53,453 nucleotides of DNA from Escherichia virus TH37: the sequence record MT446409.1. One strand, written 5' to 3'. Below the pieces are notes generated by a model, which saw only the letters and a list, made by a program, of their open reading frames with translations, did no database searches and was not told the origin of the DNA. How positions within the stretch are numbered: the stretch's first letter is position 1; every line of letters starts with the position of its first letter. Shown piece by piece: positions 39,816 to 48,720 of the stretch. A program made the position numbers and the translations under genes.

Positions 39816-40652
39816 GAATAAGGTGGGTTTTGGTAACGCAGGTTTTCCCGAACTGCGAGGCTTGTAGCAAGACAGCCGCATTACTTTGCGAATGCCAGCA
39901 GGATTGATGGTCCGACCGTCTTTGCTTAGGCAACCTGATTTAATCTACCTTTGTAGATACCATCGGTTAGAGCAGTTTATTTCCATGCCCAGGGCAACTC
40001 ACTTTAGGGTGAATTAGGTTACGCAGTGTAGCTTCGAAGTCGCTGCCACAGGCTTGAGATTCCTGTGTGGAGGGAAATCCAGAGGAGCACTTCCTCAAGG
40101 AGTTACGTTTCACATTGGCATAGCTTCTCACACTAAACCAATTGAAGACATTCCAGTGTGCTCGTCCGTCCTCCGGAAATATCCAACTGCATAATTAAGT
40201 TTGTACTCTGTCACATCCTACACGCGCGCTCTTAGGACTTAAACTGGCTTGCATCGCAGAATACAAATTAATTATTGCTCCGATTTATTAATCACATCTC
40301 GAAGCCACAATGCGCCAAATTTGGTTACATGGGATTGGAAGACCACGGAGAGGACTTAAATTTAATTAAGCCGCAACTCGCATTTCAGAATCATTTGCAT
40401 TTATTTTAAATGAATAAAACAGTCGCAATAACTTCAGGCAGTTTAGGCCCGTCGTAAGACTCAGAAAACTACTTCAATTTGTACACAACAAATTTCCCAA
40501 CATTGACCTCCGTCGAAGTCTCATGCGATGGTGTTTGGGTTATGCACAAATTGAAGCCCACTCACTCGGAATGGGATTCAAGGCAGCACCGGAAATCTTC
40601 CAGTGCGTGCCAGATCGATTTAGCTTAGCTTCTCAAGTTTGCTCTTGGCAAC

Positions 40653-40991
40653 TTAGAATACCGGAGCTTCTTCAACAGCAGCTTCTGCTACTACAGCAGC
40701 AGCTTCTTCTTCGACCTTAACTTCTTTCGGAGTATCGAACGCAACACGTTCAACTTCCGGACAACCAGCTTCAACCCACGGCAGGTAGAATGCCAGGAAT
40801 GCAGCAGCGGTATTGGTCTGCATTGAGCGAGAACGGTCAATCAGCTTGTTGGTGTTTGCGAACGCTTCAACAGCAGCTTCAATTTTAGCGCCGTTTTCCA
40901 GTTTAAAATCGTGTGCGTTACACTCAGCTTCGCTCAGGAACAGGGAACCATCGTTAGCTTCGTACTGAGTTACGGTTACAATCTTAGCCAT
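40653..40991 (-). CDS. Hypothetical protein with acidic Ala/Glu-rich C-terminal tail ending in Phe
   Basis: 112 aa; C-terminus KVEEEAAAVVAEAAVEEAPVF; promoter motif 78 nt upstream. Confidence 0.4.
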   Translation of the reverse strand: MAKIVTVTQYEANDGSLFLSEAECNAHDFKLENGAKIEAAVEAFANTNKLIDRSRSMQTNTAAAFLAFYLPWVEAGCPEVERVAFDTPKEVKVEEEAAAVVAEAAVEEAPVF

Positions 40992-41068
40992 TTGTATATA
41001 CCTTATATTAAATAGTTTTGCACGCCACGGTGACGTGACTTAGATAAAATTAAAGAGCCTTTCTCTTT

Positions 41069-41084
41069 TCACATCCAATTAATG
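41069..41084 (-). promoter_or_regulatory. Conserved phage promoter-like motif, copy 2
   Basis: Plus TCACATCCAATTAATG. Confidence 0.5.
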
Positions 41085-41114
41085 TGTCAGGACTGCTCTG
41101 ATTTAACAAACAAC

Positions 41115-41789
41115 TCAATACATATTGAATCGTTCGATTGTTTTGATTACCAAATCCTTTGTCTCATCGACAGTGAGTTCAGTGATGATTGATTCGTCAT
41201 AACCCTCAATCTGGATTGCTACAAAACGCCCAACACCTGTTACGGTAAGTCGGTTAGTTCTGTCACGAACAACTACACCAGCTTCTTGCGCGACTGCTCG
41301 CAACAATTTCCAGCGTAAAGTTCGGTTTGGTACAGCAAAGCCCTTTGTCAAGAACAACTCTTTCATGAGTTCCCCGAGGCAAACAGCTTCAATGTTTTGT
41401 CCTCTTCCAACCAATTCTTGCAACAGGCACAGCGTCAACATTTCTAAATTGTTGAAGTGACCAGCGCGCTCCAAATTAAAGAACTCTGGAGGAACAGTTG
41501 AACGAGATTTAACAGCCTGCTTATATGCACGTTCTTCTTCCTGTGCAGCAAGCATTAGCATCTCTGGCTTAATGTACTTCATAGCAGAGAAGCCAGCGCG
41601 TGTGGCTTTAATTATGCGACAAGCCTCTTTCATCTTGTAGCGTTGCCACTCGCCGCGCTTCGATTCTGGATTAAAATGGACCCACATAATGATAACATCT
41701 TCCTTGGCAAGATAGACGGCATCATTATCATTGAGCCATTGCTTACACGTTGATAGTGCAATCTCTTTGTCATCATCATGATAAGACAT
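41115..41789 (-). CDS. Hypothetical protein
   Basis: 224 aa co-oriented ORF. Confidence 0.4.
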   Translation of the reverse strand: MSYHDDDKEIALSTCKQWLNDNDAVYLAKEDVIIMWVHFNPESKRGEWQRYKMKEACRIIKATRAGFSAMKYIKPEMLMLAAQEEERAYKQAVKSRSTVPPEFFNLERAGHFNNLEMLTLCLLQELVGRGQNIEAVCLGELMKELFLTKGFAVPNRTLRWKLLRAVAQEAGVVVRDRTNRLTVTGVGRFVAIQIEGYDESIITELTVDETKDLVIKTIERFNMY

Positions 41790-41790
41790 T

Positions 41791-42081
41791 TTAGTGGCCT
41801 CTTAGGATTCGATTATTTGCAGTTTCTGCATCAATTCCCAAATCAACTAATGTAACCAAGCACTGCGAAATCCGCTCTTGCGCAGCTTTCTCAATGATTT
41901 GGTATTTTTCGTTGTCAACGCCTAACACATTCTTGGCATGAATGAGTGTAGCCATTAGGCCATGACCCAAAGCAACAGCTTGCATTGCCTGGAGTTCAAA
42001 GTTGATTGTGATACCAGCGAGTTCGTGCTCTTTCTGGATAATCTCAATCAACTCTTCTTTGGATTTATCTTGTAAGTTCAA
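41791..42081 (-). CDS. Hypothetical protein
   Basis: 96 aa. Confidence 0.35.
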   Translation of the reverse strand: MNLQDKSKEELIEIIQKEHELAGITINFELQAMQAVALGHGLMATLIHAKNVLGVDNEKYQIIEKAAQERISQCLVTLVDLGIDAETANNRILRGH

Positions 42082-42386
42082 AATGAAACTCCATAAACTT
42101 CTTGGTTAGTTGTCCACTCGCGAGTTGCAATTTGCATGGACTTGTTTGGGCCGTGGTAGAAGGCGTTTTTAATTCGTTCTAGCGTAAGTGGGAAGCTGGT
42201 TTTAAGAATATCATTAACACCAAAATTGGTCCAAAACCCACTCTCGGTTGCTGGTGAAAAGGCCATATTGGATGAACCATTATAGTACCACATACCACCA
42301 ATAAGGACAAAGTGTCTGGAAATCACCCTGTCCCCATCAACCACATTTCTCAACGTCAAAACTTTAGCAGAATGCTTGCGAATCAT
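42078..42386 (-). CDS. Hypothetical protein
   Basis: 102 aa, 4-nt overlap with neighbours. Confidence 0.35.
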   Translation of the reverse strand: MIRKHSAKVLTLRNVVDGDRVISRHFVLIGGMWYYNGSSNMAFSPATESGFWTNFGVNDILKTSFPLTLERIKNAFYHGPNKSMQIATREWTTNQEVYGVSF

Positions 42387-42586
42387 TTCTGCAACTCCTT
42401 AATTTTGGCAATCAAGTCGCGCATGATTTTAGGACCAATAGCTAAGTCACCAGTCATATCATAAAGGTCACTGCCTATTGCTTCTGCATTATTCTCCCAA
42501 CCTTCAACAAGTTCTAACAATTCTTCAATTGTGTAGCCCTTAAACTGAAAGTTTTTGTGATTAATTGCACCGTATTTTTGAACCAT
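42383..42586 (-). CDS. Hypothetical protein
   Basis: 67 aa. Confidence 0.35.
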   Translation of the reverse strand: MVQKYGAINHKNFQFKGYTIEELLELVEGWENNAEAIGSDLYDMTGDLAIGPKIMRDLIAKIKELQK

Positions 42587-42660
42587 AGGAACTCTCCAAT
42601 TTTCGATTCAGTGTTTGTGACTTCTCTTCTCATCTTTTGGCCCAGGAAACAGGCCACAGG

Positions 42661-42688
42661 GTTGCGAAAATGGCCCTATTTTTAGGGC
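42661..42688 (-). terminator. Rho-independent terminator-like hairpin
   Basis: Perfect 7-bp GC-rich stem GGCCCTA/TAGGGCC with 4-nt loop, followed on minus strand by ATTTTCGC. Confidence 0.45.
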
Positions 42689-43237
42689 CGTAGCCCAACC
42701 GTTTGTGTCAATTCTGGATAACTGCATTGGCGAAGGGTTACTCCCGTTAGGGTGCGACCTGCGTATCATAACTGCGCCGCAGCCTGGCAAGCTACGGAGG
42801 TCACAGAGGCTTTGTAACCCTTCCCAATACATTCACCCAAATCCCAGCGTTGGCATAGCTGGTGGCTTGGTTTTGTGCGGATTATGCCACTCTAAGCCCT
42901 GTTTGTCCGACTTCCTCGGAGCACCAGCAGCTTGTGGCACAAACCTATTTTCGAATGACAAGCATACAGATGAGTCTGCCGCATCACGGCTCCTGCTGTT
43001 CTATTGGCCCCAAAAGCCTCAGTATCTTGTACCAATTCATCCCAATACATACACAACTATATACAATAGCGAACTATCTGCGAATAAGTATTCTGGCCCT
43101 ATGGCCTAAGTTAAAGTTAATAGTGTGTGATGGAAACATTCCATCGAAAATAACTTTGTAGAATGAGTCGAACATTCTCGCACGATGCGGCCGCAACGGT
43201 CTACCGAGTTACAAAGTTATTATCTGATGTTGTTTCT

Positions 43238-43253
43238 TCAATTCCAACTAATG
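43238..43253 (-). promoter_or_regulatory. Conserved phage promoter-like motif, copy 3
   Basis: Plus TCAATTCCAACTAATG. Confidence 0.45.
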
Positions 43254-43323
43254 TTTCAGAATTATTCCAATATTCCAAACAAAAAGAATAATAAGAATAA
43301 ATTAAAATAAATGAAGAAAGTGC

Positions 43324-43353
43324 TTGACACCCATTTGGCGATAGGTGTATAAT
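43324..43353 (+). promoter_or_regulatory. Near-consensus sigma70-type promoter on the antisense (plus) strand
   Basis: TTGACA at 43324-43329, 18-nt spacer, TATAAT at 43348-43353. Confidence 0.4.
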
Positions 43354-43378
43354 GCCTTTCTTCCCTAAGTGGTCAGAA

Positions 43379-43394
43379 TCAAATCCCACTAATG
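43379..43394 (-). promoter_or_regulatory. Conserved phage promoter-like motif, copy 4
   Basis: Plus TCAAATCCCACTAATG. Confidence 0.45.
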
Positions 43395-43464
43395 TTTCAG
43401 ACTAAAGCCGAAGGCCAATGCGAGTACAAAACCCGCTTGGCACTTCGAAGAAACCCGCCTGGAA

Positions 43465-43701
43465 CTACAGTGCTTTCCAATCTGAGTCAAACAGTTCCTT
43501 TGGTCTTGAATAAATTATCGAATCAACACCAAAGAAGGTATGACTTCCATACTTCTTAACTTCCTGGTACGCAAACCCATCCACCCAATTACCGCAGTGG
43601 GTTTTAATCTTTGTAGCAAACAGGATTCGATAGTAGTGGCCGCGTGGCTGGTGGAAGAGAATATCTTCTGGCTTGATTGAGTTAATATTTAAATCACACA
43701 T
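43465..43701 (-). CDS. Hypothetical small protein
   Basis: 78 aa co-oriented ORF. Confidence 0.35.
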   Translation of the reverse strand: MCDLNINSIKPEDILFHQPRGHYYRILFATKIKTHCGNWVDGFAYQEVKKYGSHTFFGVDSIIYSRPKELFDSDWKAL

Positions 43702-44251
43702 TTAAGAACAATACCCCTTCGGAGAAGATGTAGTCACTGCCGAAGTCTTTTACAACTGCTTCCCAATCAATATATGGTCTGAGATTATCTGGAACCTCAA
43801 ACACATCATCTTGCTTTAAGTAGTCTGCAATTGAATCACAACGAGTAATGAACATGTTGTTCAAGTCGTCAACAGTGAAAATGTCAATTTCATCGCTACG
43901 GAATGCAGCAAGAATTATATCCAAGTCAGTGTCAGTAAGTAGTTCGTTGAACTTATCATACTTGCGAATGCTGAATAGGCCATTGGCAAAGCAAACTTCT
44001 GTTACATCTGCCTCACTTGATTCAATTACGTCATATGCACCAGCTTCTGGGTATTCGATGCCGTATTCCTCATGCAAATACTCCCGCATATTGAAGTCAT
44101 ACAGTCGCCAGGCCAGGCCATCAATCCAAGCATCTTCATACTCGGAATTGTTTTCGCCTGTGTAGAAACGAACCAATAAGGTTTCATCTCTACGCCAGGA
44201 CTTAAGTTGTTCTACTGCTTGAATAATTAAGTTTTTCATCGGATGCTCCAT
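43694..44251 (-). CDS. ArdA-like antirestriction protein (acidic DNA mimic) candidate
   Basis: 185 aa, highly acidic; C-terminal VPDNLRPYIDWEAVVKDFGSDYIFSEG resembles ArdA C-terminal region as recalled. Confidence 0.45.
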   Translation of the reverse strand: MEHPMKNLIIQAVEQLKSWRRDETLLVRFYTGENNSEYEDAWIDGLAWRLYDFNMREYLHEEYGIEYPEAGAYDVIESSEADVTEVCFANGLFSIRKYDKFNELLTDTDLDIILAAFRSDEIDIFTVDDLNNMFITRCDSIADYLKQDDVFEVPDNLRPYIDWEAVVKDFGSDYIFSEGVLFLNV

Positions 44252-44254
44252 TGA

Positions 44255-44764
44255 CTAGATTTTGTTTATGTATGCAAACTCGCCATGATACCTGAGTGCA
44301 GCAGCATTGTACGCCCTTGCCGCATCTTCTGGAGTATTGAAAGTGCCAAGGCATCTTCTTACACCATTCTCGGATATTCTGGCAACGTACTTGCCTCTAC
44401 TGCTTTTGTGGACACCTTTGTATCCAGAGGTGTTGGAGGTCGACACTCCTACGTTCATCAAGTTTTGTTTTGCAGACACATCACGAAGATTCTCAATTCT
44501 GTTGTTAAGGATATTCCTATCAACATGGTCTATAATCTTTGGGATATACCCATGATGTAGCCAGAATACTATCTGGTGAGCTTTCCATTTTGTACCTTCG
44601 ACAGATACTCTTAAGTACCCATCACTACACACATACCCAGCAACGTCTCCCGTACGAGCTTTTGGGCTAGTGGTTTGGGTTCGAATAAGGTTGCCCGTTT
44701 CTGGGCAATACCTTAAATATTTATCGAACCTTGGATTATTTCGGGAGTTCGAAATGAGGTGCAT
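44255..44764 (-). CDS. HNH-AP2 homing endonuclease
   Basis: 169 aa; HNH_3-like GYLRV...HQIVFWLHHG...IDHVDRN and AP2-like GYKGVHK...GKYVARI...GTFNTPEDAARAYN. Confidence 0.65.
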   Translation of the reverse strand: MHLISNSRNNPRFDKYLRYCPETGNLIRTQTTSPKARTGDVAGYVCSDGYLRVSVEGTKWKAHQIVFWLHHGYIPKIIDHVDRNILNNRIENLRDVSAKQNLMNVGVSTSNTSGYKGVHKSSRGKYVARISENGVRRCLGTFNTPEDAARAYNAAALRYHGEFAYINKI

Positions 44765-45131
44765 CCAAGAATTTAGCCCATTTAATAGGTTCTTCGTAGT
44801 GGGATAGCCACGTCGCCCCCCACCGTATAGTAATTCCCAATTCCTGTGCTGCCGAAAACATATGTTTAGCTAAAATTCTAAACCGTTCGAGGTCATTCCA
44901 GTCAATTGGATATGGTGCAATGTCCAAAGCGTTGCCTGACATGTGTCGGCTAACAGAAACTTTGGTTGCACCCTGCTTTAAAAGCTCTTGTTGACGTTCA
45001 TAAGAGCGTAAACCTTCCAGAACAGTTACATCAAAAGGCATGGTTTCACATGCCCGTTTGAAAACTGCCACTAATGAAGGATTTACTCCCTTAAGTCGGT
45101 CTAAAGAACGTTGGCCGAGCTTAACATTCAT
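44736..45131 (-). CDS. Peptidase M15 / LAS-family zinc peptidoglycan peptidase
   Basis: 131 aa; SRHMSGNALDIAP and DAPHFEL zinc-binding motifs. Confidence 0.55.
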   Translation of the reverse strand: MNVKLGQRSLDRLKGVNPSLVAVFKRACETMPFDVTVLEGLRSYERQQELLKQGATKVSVSRHMSGNALDIAPYPIDWNDLERFRILAKHMFSAAQELGITIRWGATWLSHYEEPIKWAKFLDAPHFELPK

Positions 45132-45406
45132 TATTTGCCCTTTAACGCATCGTTTAAAGTGTTGTTTAACAGTGTGTTGAGGTTATCAAGTTCATCAAAT
45201 GCTGCCTGAGCCTTGGTAACTTCATCAACAAGTAATGCTCGAAGAACTGCATGCTCAACAAGCACCCATCCGTCGATACAGTCAATGAAAACTTTAACTT
45301 TATCAACTGGAGCATTTAAATCAAAGGCAGATAAGTCGGATTTGGCATTATCCAGCTTACCTTTTGCCTTACTTAGTTCAACTGGAACTTGGTCTATCGA
45401 AATCAT
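45131..45406 (-). CDS. Hypothetical protein
   Basis: 91 aa. Confidence 0.3.
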   Translation of the reverse strand: MISIDQVPVELSKAKGKLDNAKSDLSAFDLNAPVDKVKVFIDCIDGWVLVEHAVLRALLVDEVTKAQAAFDELDNLNTLLNNTLNDALKGK

Positions 45407-45636
45407 TGAAAATTATTTCCACTAGGGTGAATGGTTAATTTGAAGGATACTAATTCCTTATTGATTGAGGTTGTTCCTAGAACTGTTGCCTCAAACAACA
45501 TGGATTTGGAAGTTTCCTTACCCACACGTTCCAAGTATTTTACAACTCGGTCGTGAATTACTGCCCATTGGCGATATTCGCAATCAGATTCCAGCAGGTA
45601 TTGAACTCCATCAATAATAAATTCGGTTGAAATCAT
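45403..45636 (-). CDS. Hypothetical protein
   Basis: 77 aa. Confidence 0.3.
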   Translation of the reverse strand: MISTEFIIDGVQYLLESDCEYRQWAVIHDRVVKYLERVGKETSKSMLFEATVLGTTSINKELVSFKLTIHPSGNNFQ

Positions 45637-45992
45637 TTCTTCTCCGTACAGCTGGTGGATAAAACAGGATAGTTTGCTTTAAGGAAGTCTCCATCACGGA
45701 AAATCTGAAGTACAAGTTTGTCTTCATGATTTATAAACAGTGCAGCAAACCTGCTATCTTTAATGTTGTAGAACAAAACTGTTGCAGGATTTGGTTCATT
45801 GGAAGGAACCTCTATCCAAACACCAGCTTCAGGAATTATTGATGCAATCAGAGGTTGGCTATCCCCAATATTATCAATTGTAAGAGTGTATGCTCCACAT
45901 TTGAAATTCTTTGTTGATGCTTTAGACTCAAAGCTGAAGAACGCCAAAACAATTAATGCCAGAGTATAAATAATGATGTATTTAAGTTTCAT
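45633..45992 (-). CDS. Hypothetical secreted/periplasmic protein
   Basis: 119 aa with N-terminal signal-peptide-like MKLKYIIIYTLALIVLAFFSFESKAS. Confidence 0.4.
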   Translation of the reverse strand: MKLKYIIIYTLALIVLAFFSFESKASTKNFKCGAYTLTIDNIGDSQPLIASIIPEAGVWIEVPSNEPNPATVLFYNIKDSRFAALFINHEDKLVLQIFRDGDFLKANYPVLSTSCTEKK

Positions 45993-46044
45993 AATTCCTC
46001 CAATAATTAATCGAGGCCACTCGAAGTGGAATGACCTCTGTTAA

Positions 46045-46749
46045 TTACAGCTTCTTAATAAGCTCTGCTGATTTGCTTGCGGCAGCTTTCATCTCATCGC
46101 GTGCGGCTTTAACTATTGATGCCTTGTCCACGCGAATGTTGCAGTTTCCGATTGCAATCTTGCCATCTTCTGTTGGTGCAAGTTGCTGTAGGTCCAGCAT
46201 TTGCTCCAGCTTTTGCAGAAGAATACGTTGTGCTTCGATTGCATTTTGGATATTTAATGTTTCCATGTTATTCTCCACAGGAAGGAATACTGGATTTGCT
46301 ATTGGAGTTATTTGGTTGGAAAACTCAATTGTTGGAGTTTCCTGTGCTGGTGGCGTATTAACAATGTGGACTATGCGGTTAGGTGAAAAGTCAAAGTATC
46401 CTGTTACATGGGTTAATCGAACCACATTTTCAGGTATTTCCCCAAGGTCTTTAACTTCCTTTATCTCAAAGAATCTGATTCCGTAAGATAAGATGTTTCC
46501 AGGTCGTACTTCATGCGCCAATACTGCACGGGTTGTGGTAGGCTTTATAAAAGATTCTGTAGTGGGACGTTTTTCCAATACTCTGACTATACGGCCCAAC
46601 TCAAAATTAAAGAATCCGCCAGCGTGTTGTAGCTGAACTACGTCACTAAGTCTGTTGATGTGTACAATCGGATACCCTCTACCATCATGAAATACAACAT
46701 CGCCAGTTTTGACCAAATTTGCAGGTATTTCAACAGCATTAATTGCCAT
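46045..46749 (-). CDS. Hypothetical protein with two tandem repeat domains and C-terminal coiled coil
   Basis: Internal duplication (...RIVRVLE / ...RIVHIVN segments); ATG at 46749 has GAGG SD. Confidence 0.4.
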   Translation of the reverse strand: MAINAVEIPANLVKTGDVVFHDGRGYPIVHINRLSDVVQLQHAGGFFNFELGRIVRVLEKRPTTESFIKPTTTRAVLAHEVRPGNILSYGIRFFEIKEVKDLGEIPENVVRLTHVTGYFDFSPNRIVHIVNTPPAQETPTIEFSNQITPIANPVFLPVENNMETLNIQNAIEAQRILLQKLEQMLDLQQLAPTEDGKIAIGNCNIRVDKASIVKAARDEMKAAASKSAELIKKL

Positions 46750-46871
46750 TATATTCCTCACGCATTGCTGAACAGTGCTTACACACCCAAAAGGTTACAT
46801 AATCGTTTGTATGAGAAATCTCCCAATTATGTAGCCCTATAAAACATAAAATTTTCATAGGGCATCTCCAA

Positions 46872-47243
46872 TTAGAATGGAATGTCGTCGTCGAAGTCTT
46901 TCGGCTCGTTCGGGTTATAATTGCTCTGCTGTTGTTGAGCAGGAGCTTGCTGTTGTGCAGAAGGTTGCTGGCGTTGCTGTTGCTGTTGAGCGGCAGCTTG
47001 AGGTTGAGCTTTGGCTTTAGCTTTCTCTTCACGCTTACGCATCATTTCATCAACCTGCTCTTGAGTCATGATGGTGAGTGCCAGTGAGGTAAATTCATTA
47101 TCGTTGGCTTGCTTGTTCCAACCAGACACCCAATACCAGATTCCGTCAACGTTAATACGTCCACGAATGTCAGGATGTTTTGGGTCTTTCTTGAAGCCGT
47201 TAGGACCGATAATGCCAGTGTTTACATCTGAATATTGTGCCAT
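46872..47243 (-). CDS. Small Gln-rich protein ending in the bacterial SSB C-terminal tip DFDDDIPF
   Basis: 123 aa; last 8 residues identical to the E. coli SSB tip as recalled; low-complexity Q/A-rich linker; short N-terminal domain. Confidence 0.5.
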   Translation of the reverse strand: MAQYSDVNTGIIGPNGFKKDPKHPDIRGRINVDGIWYWVSGWNKQANDNEFTSLALTIMTQEQVDEMMRKREEKAKAKAQPQAAAQQQQQRQQPSAQQQAPAQQQQSNYNPNEPKDFDDDIPF

Positions 47244-47315
47244 GATTAAGATTCTCTTAAGTTAATTACAGTTTAAGTTTCAGTGACATTGCTAACCACG
47301 GAATAGCTTTGTCTC

Positions 47316-47331
47316 TCACATCCAACTAATT
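47316..47331 (-). promoter_or_regulatory. Conserved phage promoter-like motif, copy 5
   Basis: Plus TCACATCCAACTAATT. Confidence 0.5.
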
Positions 47332-47368
47332 GGATTATTCGGGTACACTCGTAAATGCACCCTGATAA

Positions 47369-47821
47369 TCATTTACAGATAAATACCGGAATATCCATCT
47401 GGTTTAAATACTTAAGCATAAGTGGACGTACTTGTGTTGCATAGTCCAGCTGCCCATTTCCACAACCAAGTGGGGTTATTGCAAGTGAGGTTATTCCACA
47501 GCGTTTGTAGGTTTCCACCAACTTAACAAGGCCCTGTTCAATCCACCCAAGTTGAGAAGGATTTTGCCAATGTTGTTTTGTTGGGAAACATAGCCCAAGA
47601 CGGCCATCATTAAGACGCTGCAACAGCAATTGCCCAATCTTGAATCCACGGTTGCACGCAGTTCTGTAGTTCTTAAATGCTTCTGGATAGCGGCGTTTAT
47701 ACTCTTTTGCAACACCAGCACCCATTACGCCAACAAGATTCACAGTACAAGTTACAGTTTGCGCATCCACAGTAAATACGTTGGCCTTACCTTCAAATAC
47801 GATTGGCATAATCTTCTCCAA
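47369..47821 (-). CDS. Macrodomain protein (ADP-ribose binding/processing)
   Basis: 150 aa; VNLVGVMGAGVAKEYKRRYPE and ITSLAITPLGCGNGQLDY match macrodomain signatures. Confidence 0.65.
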   Translation of the reverse strand: MEKIMPIVFEGKANVFTVDAQTVTCTVNLVGVMGAGVAKEYKRRYPEAFKNYRTACNRGFKIGQLLLQRLNDGRLGLCFPTKQHWQNPSQLGWIEQGLVKLVETYKRCGITSLAITPLGCGNGQLDYATQVRPLMLKYLNQMDIPVFICK

Positions 47822-47831
47822 AAGTTGTTAT

Positions 47832-47847
47832 TCACATTCAACTAATG
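47832..47847 (-). promoter_or_regulatory. Conserved phage promoter-like motif, copy 6
   Basis: Plus TCACATTCAACTAATG, ~15 nt upstream of macrodomain gene SD. Confidence 0.5.
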
Positions 47848-47888
47848 TTAGATTAATCAGGAACACTCAATGAATGCTCCTTGTTAAT

Positions 47889-48086
47889 TTAACAGGATTT
47901 ACAATCGTTTATGAACTTTCTACGCAATTTGCGCACTTGCTTTTTGGTCGGCTTCGCTGGAAAGAATTTGCATTCGACGTTGTGCCAAGGACTGCATTCT
48001 TCACCAACAAACCACAGAGTCCATCCAGCAAATATGTTCATAGGACTGTGGCTTTTGTGGCTATACAAATGTGTATTTACACGCAT
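47889..48086 (-). CDS. Hypothetical small protein
   Basis: 65 aa co-oriented ORF. Confidence 0.25.
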   Translation of the reverse strand: MRVNTHLYSHKSHSPMNIFAGWTLWFVGEECSPWHNVECKFFPAKPTKKQVRKLRRKFINDCKSC

Positions 48087-48373
48087 TACATCACCTTTGA
48101 AATAGGAATCGGGTCGATATTTGATTCAGGTTTATACCAACTTACTTCACCAGAATCTTCCACAAGCTCCCACAAATTGGAGAATGTACGATAGAGTAGA
48201 ACATTGTTATCATCAATAACGACAAAACCCAAAGGAGACTGAATATACGCACCTAATGTACCACTGTTTCGAGGAACTCCGTCACCACGACCTGCGACGA
48301 TTTTGTACTTCTTACCTTTGGTAAAGCTGGAATTAGTTTCACCAACATACTTAACGATTGAATTCTTGTTCAT
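48086..48373 (-). CDS. Hypothetical protein
   Basis: 95 aa. Confidence 0.35.
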   Translation of the reverse strand: MNKNSIVKYVGETNSSFTKGKKYKIVAGRGDGVPRNSGTLGAYIQSPLGFVVIDDNNVLLYRTFSNLWELVEDSGEVSWYKPESNIDPIPISKVM

Positions 48374-48657
48374 TTCTTAATTTTCTCCCATTTAGACAAA
48401 CCACCCTCAAGACTGAATACGCGGTTACAACCAGATTCATCTTTAATGGCAAATTGAGTTCCTGTCAGTTGAATTGGCTCAAGCGAACCAAACAACACCT
48501 TAGGTTTTGACAAGCTGGTGGCAAGAACCACATAAACTTTGCTTGGGCAAATATCAAAAGCAAAGTCACGAGTGTAAACTAAGTCACCAACCTTCAAATA
48601 TGCTGGTAAGAAGCGACCTGTGGCTGGGTCACGTTGTAGACGAGTACGCTGTTTCAT
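48370..48657 (-). CDS. Hypothetical protein
   Basis: 95 aa. Confidence 0.35.
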   Translation of the reverse strand: MKQRTRLQRDPATGRFLPAYLKVGDLVYTRDFAFDICPSKVYVVLATSLSKPKVLFGSLEPIQLTGTQFAIKDESGCNRVFSLEGGLSKWEKIKK

Positions 48658-48687
48658 AAATGCTCCGAGTTAATTAATAATATTCAG

Positions 48688-48714
48688 CAACCACTCTCAT
48701 TACAAAAGTGGTTG
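48688..48714 (-). terminator. Terminator-like hairpin
   Basis: Perfect 8-bp stem CAACCACT/AGTGGTTG with 11-nt loop between two early genes. Confidence 0.3.
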
Positions 48715-48720
48715 AGGAAA

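Noticed and set aside
42608-43109. ORFs 42608..42832 (minus) and 42705..43109, 42862..43161 (plus) inside the non-coding island
   Set aside because: No ribosome-binding sites, Pro/Gly/Cys-rich junk-like translations, and one overlaps the terminator hairpin; the region is more plausibly non-coding
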